Source of the DNA: Negaprion brevirostris
Lineage: Eukaryota
Assembly (NCBI GenBank): GCA_030324005.1
Contig: JARDVH010000193.1
Location: 39,189,696 to 39,253,695 of the forward strand
Reading direction: 5' to 3'
Length of the DNA stretch: 64,000 bases
Both the position numbers and the translations under genes were made by a program. The first letter of the stretch is position 1, and every line of letters begins with the position of its first letter. Of the stretch, positions 50,396 to 61,860 are shown in pieces. The notes beneath the pieces were generated by a model. It was not told the origin of the DNA. It did not search any database and saw only the letters and a list, made by a program, of their open reading frames with translations.

Positions 50396-51287
50396 ATAAA
50401 TGTAGTGTAACAACGCCCTTTGGCCGAGCTTTCCCTTTGCCAGCATTCTATTCAATTCTGAGGGAGAAACTTGCATTTGCACGATATGAATGGGCCAACC
50501 CCCTGTTCTGCAGGCTTCTGCTTTGGATTCACATCATTTTACCCATTATTGGAAAATCAAGGATTATAATTTTGCTTTTACAAGAGAAACCCCAATGCTA
50601 TTCAGTAGGGTTAGTCCAACCATTTATTACTGTTATAAATTTGTAATATTTTAGTATATGCCATTGCTTTTTTTCTGGAAAATACGCTGCTGCGTGGAAG
50701 TCATAGCTGTGATTTATCACTGACAACAGTAATAGGATTGTGAAAGTTTTTTTTAACTCCGTATTGTAAACCAACACTTTCGGAAAACACACTGCTGGTG
50801 GCAGGCATAGTAATGCCTGCTTACTTTCTCCCTAATTGCTTGAGAAGGAGATACTGTCAGTTTATGCATACACTGGGTTTTGATCCAGAAGGCCTTTTGA
50901 TGTGATGATAGCTGTAATTTTGAGAAACAGTTACCATATTTTCTTTGGTACTTGATATTCTTTGATGCACTAAATATAAATAGCCTAAAAATAGCTGTTT
51001 CAATGCCTTAATATGCTATTAGAGGATCTTTATTTAATTGCTATCATATGTAACAAATATTGTGGATATGAAATGGGTAATAACTATGCTTAAAATAGAT
51101 TAAACTAAATTCAATGCGGCTACTATTAGAGTTTCCAAATAGAACGAGGTAATTGTCTTATGAGATCAGGAAAATGCAGTTAGCACTGCTGATTCATGGC
51201 CATTATAATGAAAATTATGTATAAAAATGCAGCTTATTTCAACTTTAGCCTTTTGAGCCATGCAAAAAGCAGGGCTGTTAACTGTAC

Positions 51288-52700
51288 GAGGAGAATTTTA
51301 ACCCCCCAAAAATGGGTGAGTTTGCCTGACTGCGATTTTAAAAATTTTAAAATCTTAATCACAAACTCAAACCCAATCTGCAAAATTCTGGTTTGAACAG
51401 AGGAGGACGGCATGGGTAGGCAATCAAATGTATAAGCCTGTGCGCCTCAGATTTTGGCACCCGACTAGCTAGGTTTCCTAACCTCTGAAAACCCAACAGT
51501 TAAAGGGAGCAAAAGACTGGAAGACTACTGTGTGAAACAGCTAATTACCTTTCCGGCACTGCTTGTGAATCTGGAGAAGCAAGGTGCTTCCTCCCTTTCC
51601 CTCAGCTAGCCTTTCCATTGTCAGCAAGCAACCCAGCCCCCCACAATACGCACTGCTGCCTCAATCCATTACTGACATCCCTCCCACAATAATGCCCACT
51701 GTTTGCTCCCCCATGATATCGCCAACCTGATCCTCTCCAATGAATTGGATTCCCTGCAATCAGTGCTATAATTGAGCTCATTCCAACACCCATCCCGTGC
51801 TATCACTTACTACTCATAGAATCGTAGAATGCCTACAGTACAGAAGGAGTCTATTCAACCCATCATGTCTCTCTGATAGAGCATCCCACCCAGACTCTAT
51901 CCCCATAACTCCACACATTTACCCCACTAATCCCCCTCTTGGTTCACTGAGGGCCAATTTAGTGTGGCTAATGAACTTAACCTGCACATTTTTGGACTGT
52001 GGGAGAAAACTGGAGCACCAGGAGAAAATCCATGCAGTGAATGTGTAGACTACAAGCAGACGGTCACCCAAGACCAGAATTGAACCCAGGTCCCTGGTGC
52101 TGTGCAGCAGCAGTGCTAACCATAGTGTCACTGTGCTGCCCATCACTCCTAATAATGTCATCCACTTCTCCCCATGCCTCACCCCCTTATGTCAATGGAC
52201 AACACACTCAAACCTTCATTNNNNNNNNNNNNNNNNNNNNNNNNNNNNNNNNNNNNNNNNNNNNNNNNNNNNNNNNNNNNNNNNNNNNNNNNNNNNNNNN
52301 NNNNNNNNNNNNNNNNNNNNNNNNNNNNNNNNNNNNNNNNNNNNNNNNNNNNNNNNNNNNNNNNNNNNNNNNNNNNNNNNNNNNNNNNNNNNNNNNNNNN
52401 NNNNNNNNNNNNNNNNNNNNNNNNNNNNNNNNNNNNNNNNNNNNNNNNNNGGATCACTGAACCCCTGATCTGTCTCTGACCACCCCTCCCAACATGATTA
52501 CACCCACTCCCAACCCTTCAGACCACTTTTATGCTAAACACTCCGCCCCTCACCGTCTCTACCACAGCAGTTCAAACTTGCATTATCCTGTGCTACAGCC
52601 TTTGCTGCTGTGTTCCCTGTCGGAGAGCTATGTCCCTCAAGCAGTTTGGCTTCTGGCCAAGTTTAAAAAAAAGTACACACACGCTTTAGATTTAAAACTC
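51288..52700. mobile_element. Probable non-autonomous Harbinger-type element with a nested V-SINE (51834-52143, minus)
   Basis: GGAGAATTTTAA start and TTAAAACTCC end, with a C-rich interior. The SINE head, core and tail are clear. Confidence 0.55.
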
Positions 52701-55249
52701 CACTGTGTCCAGGCCCAACCAGAATTCTTACAGAAACTTGGAACTCCTAACCCAGTAAATACCAGGGGCTATGTCTCTTTAATATCAGGACAACAACTTG
52801 GAACTTGAATAACTTTCCTTACTTTGTATTTAGGAGCAAGTGCTTTTAATGGTCCTTTCTCACCTTTCACAAATGCTGTTGAAGTTTAATGTTGTCCTTT
52901 GCTGTCAGTCCCTTGCTCCTCTTTCTGGCTAAGGCTATAAGATTGAGACAATCAGTTGAAGAATCTGAGTATATTTGATATGAATTCAGAACTCTGCTTA
53001 AAAATGTTAAAGACACAATTTGATGCTTACTTCTCGTGGAAGAAAATCACTAGTGACAAATCTTATGCCACTTTGACAAGGTTCTGCTTTCACGTGACTG
53101 TTTTTTTTCCTCTTTGCCTTTCAATCATTACAGAGAAATGTCAGTTTGAACTGTTAAAAACAAATTAAGAAAGCATTGCACAGCGCTGCTGTAGAATAAT
53201 TGCTGTGCACATTGGTAATGTTCAGATGCCTCATACGTTTGCAACATTATTTTCCACAATCTTGCTCTCAGCTAGGGCGACCTGCAACACGCTTCCTAAA
53301 CTTTTAACATATCAAGTAGAGGAGAAAATATGTCTCCTTAGTTCACATGGGGAGGCGAGATTCTGTACTACAATGATAAATTATGTACAAAGATGAGAAA
53401 GTACAGACCTGTTGGTTCTTTGCTTTCTGCTTGTCAGATGTATGGCACCGAGTGCAGAGTATTCATTCTGCTAAATTTGTAGAACTGACAAATATGTTGG
53501 CATGGCAGGAACTTATGGCAGCAAACCTGATGAATTTGCCAAACATATTGCATGCCTGGCAGTCATCTGCAATCTTAACTCACTGGGGCCTGTTCATAGA
53601 GAAGATGACATGTGCTAACACATAGCTTACATGAACCTATTTCTAGGTGTCACTCAGCCACTGCTGTTTTTCACTTCCTTCCTATAACCTTCAAAGGTTG
53701 TATTTTAACGTACATTTATTAAAAACTTTTATTGTTGATCAAGTGACTGCCCGGGTGACTCCACAAAACCTTCATGAAATGATTGCCTACTTGCCGAGAA
53801 AATATTGAAGCTGCAAGAGAAGCTTTGCTTTGTCAGGAGGAAGAAAATAAAGAGAAATCGGCTGAGCTTCAAAGGGCACATTTCCATAATTGCCCTGTAA
53901 CTTTGGAAAAATAAATCTGAAGGGCTGAAAAAAGCACAGTCTCTCAGATGAGTGCACTACAAAAGCCAAAGAGGTCCCCAGTCCCACTTGTTACTGTTCC
54001 AATTCAGTGAGAGAATCCTGCTCCCTACCCCCGGCAACAAAAGCCACAAAATCACTGTCCTCTCCCCTTAAAGAAACTCAGCCTGAAGAATAGAATTTTA
54101 TCCACCCTTTGTCTCAGTCTCAGCACCAACTACTCCTGGAAAGTTGTACTGCAGGTCCTCTGTGCTCCGAATTGCTGGATATCCCTTCTTTTGACACTGA
54201 CATTTTTGTTCACAACAAGACGAGCTTTTGTGGTGATATTCAGAAAGAACAATCAAGAGAGCCTAATAAACGGATTAGTAGGGCAGACAAAGAGCTGCGG
54301 TGGCTTCAAAGCTCGACCAACAACACAATAGAGATGACATTTGTTCATCTTGGGGCTCAGGCAAGCACTGAGTGAATGTGCTGTCCGTGATGATGCCATT
54401 AAACAATGGGTGAAGTTGGAAAGAGGGCGAAACATACCAGACATCAGTCTTTGTTTCTTTGAGTATGGATAAGGCATTTGTGGCTAAGTATTGGAAACTG
54501 CACTATTTTATTTACTTTAGAATTTTCTCCTATTTGAATTATTGCTGATTGCTTCTTCTTCGTTTAAGCTCTGTGAGAAGATAAACATACAGTTCATCAC
54601 ACAATATGAGGAATATATCTTTCAACTTAGTTGTCCCATCATTGTTTATCTCCATAAGAAACAGGCGGGCACTGTTTAAAATTATTTTCCTCTTTGGCAT
54701 GCCTTGCAGAACTATAGCAAAAAGCAATAAAAGCGTAAAGTGGATTGAGTGACAATGGAACCTGAGCTGCAGCTTTTTGGATTGAAGTTTTGCTTCATTG
54801 CTTCTCAATCTTATTCTCTGGTGTCTCAGCAGAGGGATTGCGTCGCAGTATTTAACATGGCTAGGAGCAAAGGAATAAAGTCAAGAAAGTGTTGGTTATT
54901 GCTCATTAGCCACAAGGACATACTTTCATGTGTGAATAAATGAATGACACCATGTCCTGATGGAAATAGTCCTAGTGCAGCTTTAAGCAAAATGCCAACT
55001 AGCATTTCCATTCACTTAATATTAGTGAATTCTGTTGGATGCAAATGGAAATATAAGCATCCATGATTTTCTTTTATTCCTCGCGGACAATGTTTAACAA
55101 ACCTGCTTAATTTCTTCTTTGATGCTGTAACAAAGACATCTAGTGATCCTTTTTATTAAAAGTGATGCTGCCTAGATTTAGCATTTTTTTGAAATCCTGA
55201 AATCTAGGAAATAGGAGTTAGTCACAATCAGCTTTTTCGTCCAATAATG

Positions 55250-55950
55250 AAAAGAAAAGAAAGACTTGTATTTGTATAGTGCCTTTCTGGACCTTGGGAC
55301 ATCCTAAAGCACTTTATAACTAATGAAATATTTCTGTTGTGTAGTCACTGCTGTAATGTAGGAAACATGGCAGCCAATTTGCACACAGCAATTTTCCACA
55401 AACAACAATGTGATAATGGCCTGATAATCTGTTTTTGTAATGTTGATTGAGGGGTAAATATGGGCCAGGTTAGCAAGGATAATTGCATGAAGGCAAAATA
55501 CTCCAGATGCTGGAATCCGAAACAGAAACAGAAAACGCTGGAAAATCTCAGCAGATCTAAGAGCATCTGTGGGGAGAGAGTTGAGCCAATGTTTTGTGTC
55601 TGGGCAACCAAGGCTCTGACGAAGGGTCATCATGACTTGAAATGTTGGCTCTATTCTCTCCTCACAGATGCTGTCAGACTGGCTGAGATTTTCCAGCATT
55701 TTCTGTTTTTGTAGCGGGGTAACTACCAAGCTTTCCTTGAAAACAATGCCATTGGGTCTTTAACATCAACCTGAGAGAGTGGATAGGTCAACTGTTTAAA
55801 AGTCTCATCCAAAACAACAGTACCACTCACAGTGCAACACCTGTTCAGCACAGTATTGGAATGACAGCTTTGATTTTGTGTAAAATGTAAGACTTGAACC
55901 AACAAACTTCCTAGTCTCAAGGGTGAGGGTGTTACTAATTGAACCATGTC
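55250..55950 (-). mobile_element. DeuSINE (SacSINE1-like) interrupted by a Penelope-type hairpin
   Basis: Reverse complement of the core and tail seen at 38845-40395. Confidence 0.85.
55488..55712. mobile_element. Penelope-type hairpin element containing a minimal hammerhead core (55610-55652)
   Basis: Arms AAACAGAAAACGCTGGAAAATCTCAGC...AGCATCTGTG / CACAGATGCT...GCTGAGATTTTCCAGCATTTTCTGTTT. Core CTGACGA-AGGGTCA-TCA-TGACTT-GAAA-TGTT. Confidence 0.8.
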
Positions 55951-56479
55951 TAAATTGCAAAGGTGATCCCAAATGTAGCTACAATTCTTTTTCTTGTGCT
56001 TGGGTTCCCATTTTAAAAGCTGTATTTTAAGCCTGTTCAGAAGTCTATGTAAAATATGCCTTAACTGAAAAGTGCTAGCAGCAACCACTAACAATCTTAA
56101 TATGACAATCATACAATAGTAGCTCTTATATTTGTACAGAAAACAATATAAAACCTTTTAGTGGAGCATGTATTGTTTGGATCTAGTCATCAACACCTGT
56201 ACATCAATACCTAATATGACACCACATCTGACTTAGACCTGTAAGCCATTGCTAAACCAAGAACCAAAACTTGCATTTGTACTCAAACCATAGCCATAAC
56301 AACCAAGTACTAAATCTTTCCATTCGCACATACCTCCAATTTATTCAAACATTTTCAATATAAGTGTGATGGCTCCCCAAAGCTTGTCCACAAACTAGAA
56401 AAGTTAAGAACATGAAGTAATGTCCTTGATGCTTGAATGAGTGCAGCTTCAACAACACTCAAGAAGTTTCACAGGTATG

Positions 56480-56730
56480 CAGTGGATACGGTTTATTTAC
56501 TCATTCAGAAGGCATTCGACAAGATCTCACACAATAGATTTATGTGTAAAGTGATTTGATACAAAGCACATGGGATTGCGGGTAATGTCTTGAGGTATAT
56601 AGAAAGCTGGTTAGCAGATAGGAAGCAAAGATTTGGCATAAATGGGTCTTTCTCTGATTGGCAGTCAGTGATTAGTGGGGGTCCGCAGAGTGTTGTGCGA
56701 GGACTCCAACTGTTCATACTATATATTAAT
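56480..56730 (+). mobile_element. CR1 RT fragment
   Basis: QKAFDKISHNR..HGIAGNVLRYIESWLADRKQRFGINGSFSDWQSVISGGPQ. Confidence 0.92.
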
Positions 56731-57172
56731 NNNNNNNNNNNNNNNNNNNNNNNNNNNNNNNNNNNNNNNNNNNNNNNNNNNNNNNNNNNNNNNNNNNNNN
56801 NNNNNNNNNNNNNNNNNNNNNNNNNNNNNNNNNNNNNNNNNNNNNNNNNNNNNNNNNNNNNNNNNNNNNNNNNNNNNNNNNNNNNNNNNNNNNNNNNNNN
56901 NNNNNNNNNNNNNNNNNNNNNNNNNNNNNNNNNNNNNNNNNNNNNNNNNNNNNNNNNNNNNNNNNNNNNNNNNNNNNNNNNNNNNNNNNNNNNNNNNNNN
57001 NNNNNNNNNNNNNNNNNNNNNNNNNNNNNNNNNNNNNNNNNNNNNNNNNNNNNNNNNNNNNNNNNNNNNNNNNNNNNNNNNNNNNNNNNNNNNNNNNNNN
57101 NNNNNNNNNNNNNNNNNNNNNNNNNNNNNNNNNNNNNNNNNNNNNNNNNNNNNNNNNNNNNNNNNNNNNNNN

Positions 57173-58068
57173 AATATCATCCATATGTTTATCCAATGAC
57201 CATTTAAATGTCCTTAATGTTGGCGAGTCCACTACTGTTGCAGGCAGGGCATTCCACACCCTTACTACTCTCTGAGTACCTACCTCTGACATCTGTCCTA
57301 TATCTAACATCCCTCAATTTAAAGCTATCTCCCCTCATGCTTGTCATCTCCATCCGAGGAAAAAGGCTCTTACTGTCCACCCTATCTAATCCTCTGACCG
57401 GTAGCACTTTTCAGCTAAGGCATATTTTACATAGGCTTCTGAACAGGCTTAAAATACAGCTTTTAAAATAAGAATCCAAACACAAGAAAAAGAATTGTAG
57501 CTACATTTGGGATCATCTTTGCAATTTAGACATGGCTCAATTAGTAACACCCTCACCCTTGAGACTAGGAAGTTTGTTGGTTCAAGTCCCACATTTTACA
57601 CAAAATCAAAGCTGTCTTTCCAATACTATGCTGAATGGGTGTTGCACTGTCAGTGGTACTGTTGTTTTGGATGAGGATTTTAAACAGATGACCTATCCAC
57701 CCCCTCAGATTGATGTTAAAGATCCAATGGCATTGTTTTCAAGGAGAGCAGGGCAGTTACCCCGCTACAAAAACAGAAAACGCTGAAAAATCCTCTGATC
57801 ATCTTATATGCCTCTATTAAGTAATCTCTTAACCTTCTTCTCTCTAACGAAAACAGCCTCAGGTCCCTCAGCCTTTCCTCATAAGACCTTCCCACCATAC
57901 CAGGCAACATCCTGGTAAATCTTCTGTGCACCCTTTCCAATGTTTCCACATCCTTCCGATAATGCGGTGACCAGAAATCTATGCAATACTCCAAATGCGG
58001 CCGCACCAGAGTTTTGTACAGTTGCAACATGACCTCATAGCTCTGAAACTCAATCCCTCTACCAGTAA
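57173..58068 (-). mobile_element. CR1 LINE 3' fragment split by an inserted inverted duplication
   Basis: LYKTLVRPHLEYCIDFWSPHYRKDVETLERVHRRFTRMLPG...YKMIRG | RGLDRVDSKSLFPR. Confidence 0.95.
57402..57792 (-). repeat. Inverted copy of 55687-56077 (~390 bp, about 90% identical)
   Basis: Continuous reverse-complement match. ORF-track peptides 55723..56112(-) and 57208/57532(+) are near-identical. Confidence 0.95.
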
Positions 58069-58069
58069 A

Positions 58070-58365
58070 AGCTTTGACAGCGCCTTCCAAATCTGTGACC
58101 ATCTAGAAGGATAAGGACAGCAGCTACATGGGAAAGACAACACCAGCAAGTGCCCTTCCAATCCATACACCATCCTAATTTGGAACCATGCAGCCGTTCC
58201 TTCATCGTTGCTGGATCAAAATCCCTGAACTCACTTCCTAACGGCGCTATGGGTTTCCTACATACATGGACTGCAATTGTTCCAGGAGGTGACTTACTAT
58301 CATAGCCCTAAAGGCAATAAGGAATGGGCAATAAATGTTGGCCAACCTATGAAAGAATTTTTAAA
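58070..58365 (+). mobile_element. L2/CR1-group LINE 3' end
   Basis: Homologous to 33110-33425. Confidence 0.85.
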
Positions 58366-58370
58366 AATAC

Positions 58371-59409
58371 AGGGCGAAATCTTGAGCTTACATTTGTTGT
58401 CTGTGAGGTTGCTGGTGGTGGCTCAAGATCTGGAAGTTGCAGTTCGGATCTTCCCCAGTTCACCAGCAGCATTATCAAATTCAAGCCTGTAACAGGCGTG
58501 GACCTGCTTTGCATCTATTTGCATTAATTTCAATATTAGTAATCCACCCTCCTCCCCACCGTATCTTGACTCCTTGCTATATCTTCAAACTACACCAACG
58601 TGATGCCATGTTGGTGCAGTTTACAACAGATTCACATTGAAGTCGTGGGGGTCTCCCAAGGACTAAAGGTAAGTATAGCCCTGGGAGGCAAGGACGTCAC
58701 GTCAATGCTCTGGCATTACGTCTTGGCACTGCCCTTTGGAACATATTAGCACTACTGTATTGGCACCATGCCAGCTTGGCAGTGCCCACCCTGTGCCAAG
58801 GGGAGGGCCTCAGTGGGAGCCTCATGTGGCGAGGGGGGTGCTGCTGTGGTTGTGGGCTGGGAGCATTCTGATGAGCAGGAGATGCTAGGTGCCAACGATA
58901 ACCATTGATGGGAGGGGTGGGGTTGTGGGGAGGATCGACTCCGACTGTGACTATGTGGGAAGGGGGAGAGGAGGAGAGGTGCATGCACCCATAATTGTGT
59001 GTGGGGACTGAGGCAGGAGCTGGGGAAAGCAGGGGCCGATGATTGCTGGGGGGGAGAAGAAGTCAATGACCATGGGGGGGGGTGCGGGGAAGCAGTCAGA
59101 GTGAATACTCGCTCCAATCAAGGGTGCAGAGGGGAGCCCCTGAGGCCTCAGTGATGCGGTGGTGGGAAGTTTATTCAAGTTCTGTTCACTGCACCCTTTA
59201 AAGATGGTGGCCTGATCTCTGAGCAGTCGGATTTTGTCGGTTTGTTTAAGCCCTGCCTACTTCTATGATGACGTGAATCACACCCCCTTGATTTTTTCTG
59301 GCAGAGTGTGGCAAAACCTGGTGTCAAAACCAACTGGTTTCTCTAGAGAGAAACACCCTGGTTTTCTTGCCAGAAACAACACCGCCATTTTTAGGTAAGC
59401 TTCCCCCCC
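58371..59409. mobile_element. ~1 kb non-autonomous Harbinger-type element
   Basis: Starts GGGCGAAATCTT, ends AAGCTTCCCCCC. G-rich interior with GGCAGTGCCCACCC repeats. TIR match is weak. Confidence 0.5.
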
Positions 59410-59731
59410 ATAATTCTAATTGCAGTCACATATAATGATATTAGACATATACATATGTAAATTTAATTGAAGACAAATTATTGATAGTTCTTATTATAGC
59501 CCCTAATATAGGTATTGTAATACTTACCAAATATTGCTGTATTTTCTGAAAATAATGCTGTTTTAGTATTCAGAAATAAAAAGCTTATTATTACTTTCCT
59601 GAATGTATGTACTTCAGAAATTACATAAATTGAGTTTTTGTGCCTGTAATGTCCACTTCTTATTTCTGTTCAGGCTACCTAATCACATTTCCAATCTACT
59701 TGCCCTGATTGGCAAAAAGAAATGAGTTTTA

Positions 59732-59772
59732 AAAAATCTTCCTGTAAAAATCTTCCTGTATAAATCTTCCTG
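59732..59772. repeat. 14-bp tandem repeat, 3 copies (AAATCTTCCTGTAA)
   Basis: AAAAATCTTCCTGT AAAAATCTTCCTGT ATAAATCTTCCTG. Confidence 0.9.
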
Positions 59773-60314
59773 CATGTATTATTAAAAAAAACTAAAAAAA
59801 CTTTGCTTAAGAGTTCAGAAACAAATAACTTGACAAAATCACATGGGATCCCCAACTGAGCTGGAACTTAATCATGTATGGATAGTAAATGAATATTTAC
59901 ATGGCCTATTCCTGCCCACAGAATAGATTTACTTGTGAAAAAGTAATTTGTAGTAAAATAACTAGCCTATTATAATATCACATCAAATACAATGCAGACC
60001 AAATAGTCATGTGTTATATTTGGCTCAATGTGTAATCTGAGTAAAATGAGGTGCTGATTGCTAACTATTTATACCTTCATTGAGCTTTGACAGAAGCAGT
60101 TCTTTGAATGAACCAGATGAATGAACAAAGATGAATATTGTGTTGTCATTTTACTGTAAACTGAAAAATTGCTCTTTACCATTTTAGAAGATCGTCTGTG
60201 CATTTGGTCATTAACTGCTGAAGTTTATTCTATTTATTATTGTCACAAGTAAGCTCACATCAACACTGCAATGAAGTTACTGTGAAAATCCCTTACGTCA
60301 TATTCGCTGTGCTG

Positions 60315-61222
60315 TGATGAAGACTCTATAAAGGGATTTTGATACGTGAAGTGAATGGACAAAAAATTGGCAGATGGGGTATAATGTCGGAAAATAAGAA
60401 GCTTCCACTTTGGTAGGAAGAACAGAAAAGCAGAATACTATTAAAATGGAGACAGATTGTAGTACGCTGTGGTACAGATGGATTTGGGGAGTCCTTGTCC
60501 ATAAATCACAAAAAACTAGCATGCAGGTAAAGCAACTAATTAGAAAAGTAAATGGAATGTNNNNNNNNNNNNNNNNNNNNNNNNNNNNNNNNNNNNNNNN
60601 NNNNNNNNNNNNNNNNNNNNNNNNNNNNNNNNNNNNNNNNNNNNNNNNNNNNNNNNNNNNNNNNNNNNNNNNNNNNNNNNNNNAATATACTTGCATTGGA
60701 TGCAATTCAGAGAAGGTTCACTAGGTTGATTCTTGGGATGAAGAGGTTGTCTTTTGAGGAAAGGGTGACCAGGTTGGCCTTAAACTCATTGGAGTTTTAA
60801 AAAAATGAGAAGTGATCTCACTGATTAAAACATATAAGGGGCAAAATTTTCTGACCATCTGAGCTGACGGGATTTTCCAGTCCTGCTGCAGTGAGCAGAA
60901 ATGGGGGAGGAGGGGTGTGTGTGAATGGCTGGAAAACTCCAGCCAAGGTTTTCAGGAAGTTTAACTGGGTAGTTGCTGAGAGGATCATTTGTGGGGGAAT
61001 CCAGCAATGGGAGCACTGTTTCAAAATAAGGGGTCTCCCTTATTGAGGTTGGGTCATTGAATTTATTCAAGTTTGAGTTGAACAGGTTTTTGATCGCCTA
61101 GAGAGTCAAGGGTTATGGGGTTAGGTAGGAAAGTGGAGTCAATGCCATGATCTTATTGAATAGTGAGGCAGGCTCAATGGGCCAAAAGGCCTACTCCTGC
61201 TCCTATTTCTTAAGTTCTTATG
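60315..61222 (+). mobile_element. CR1 LINE 3' fragment with a nested MITE (60838-60944)
   Basis: ILALDAIQRRFTRLILGMKRLSFEERVTRLALNSLEF; tail CCTACTCCTGCTCCTATTTCTT. MITE GGGGCAAAATTTTC...GGAAAACTCCAGCC. Confidence 0.9.
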
Positions 61223-61418
61223 CAATTATGTTTAATTAAAAAATAATTCATTGGGATGTCCTGAGGGTAGACAAGGTGTACATGACTGGAAGTTTGTTTT
61301 TCATCTTAACTACAATGAAACTTTCATGGAAAGTTCCCAGTGTTAAACATATGGTACAACTGGGACTTGTTTGTGATCGCAACACAAATAAAGATCTTCT
61401 GAAGTAATCTTTATTGAA

Positions 61419-61490
61419 GCAGTGCTTCCCAAACTATTTTCTAACGTGATCCAATTTGACACCTAAAATTGAATGCAACCCTTGACCCTC
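61419..61490 (+). mobile_element. Possible hAT (Charlie-like) terminus
   Basis: CAGTGCTTCCCAAACT resembles hAT TIRs. No matching other end found. Confidence 0.35.
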
Positions 61491-61739
61491 AGGTCAGCAA
61501 AAACAAAACAGCTTTAGAGCAGCATAATAACATGTTGCATATAATTATCAAATCTAACTAATTATAGTTCAACTTAGTAAATCTTGTCTGAACTACCTCC
61601 AATGCATCTGATACACCTTTTAAAATATGAAAATCTGTATTTTTAAAGTGCTTTGTGAAAGTATTACTTTATGTACATAGGTTTTAGTCAGTATCTCAGA
61701 ATTTCCCAGTGACAGAAGGTTCAGTGCCCTTCTCCCCCT

Positions 61740-61860
61740 GACCCCACACACAGTAATCAGTCCCTCTCCCCTCTCTATCTCCAACTCCCACACATAGTAA
61801 TCAGTCCCTCTCCCCTCTCTATCCCCAACTCCTACATACAGTAATCAGTGCCTCTCCCTC
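61740..61860. repeat. 44-bp minisatellite, about 2.7 copies
   Basis: AGTAATCAGT recurs at 61752, 61796 and 61840 (period 44). Confidence 0.9.

Noticed and set aside
61740-61860. CRISPR-like array
   Set aside because: The whole 44-bp unit repeats with no unique spacers, in a eukaryotic context with no cas genes.
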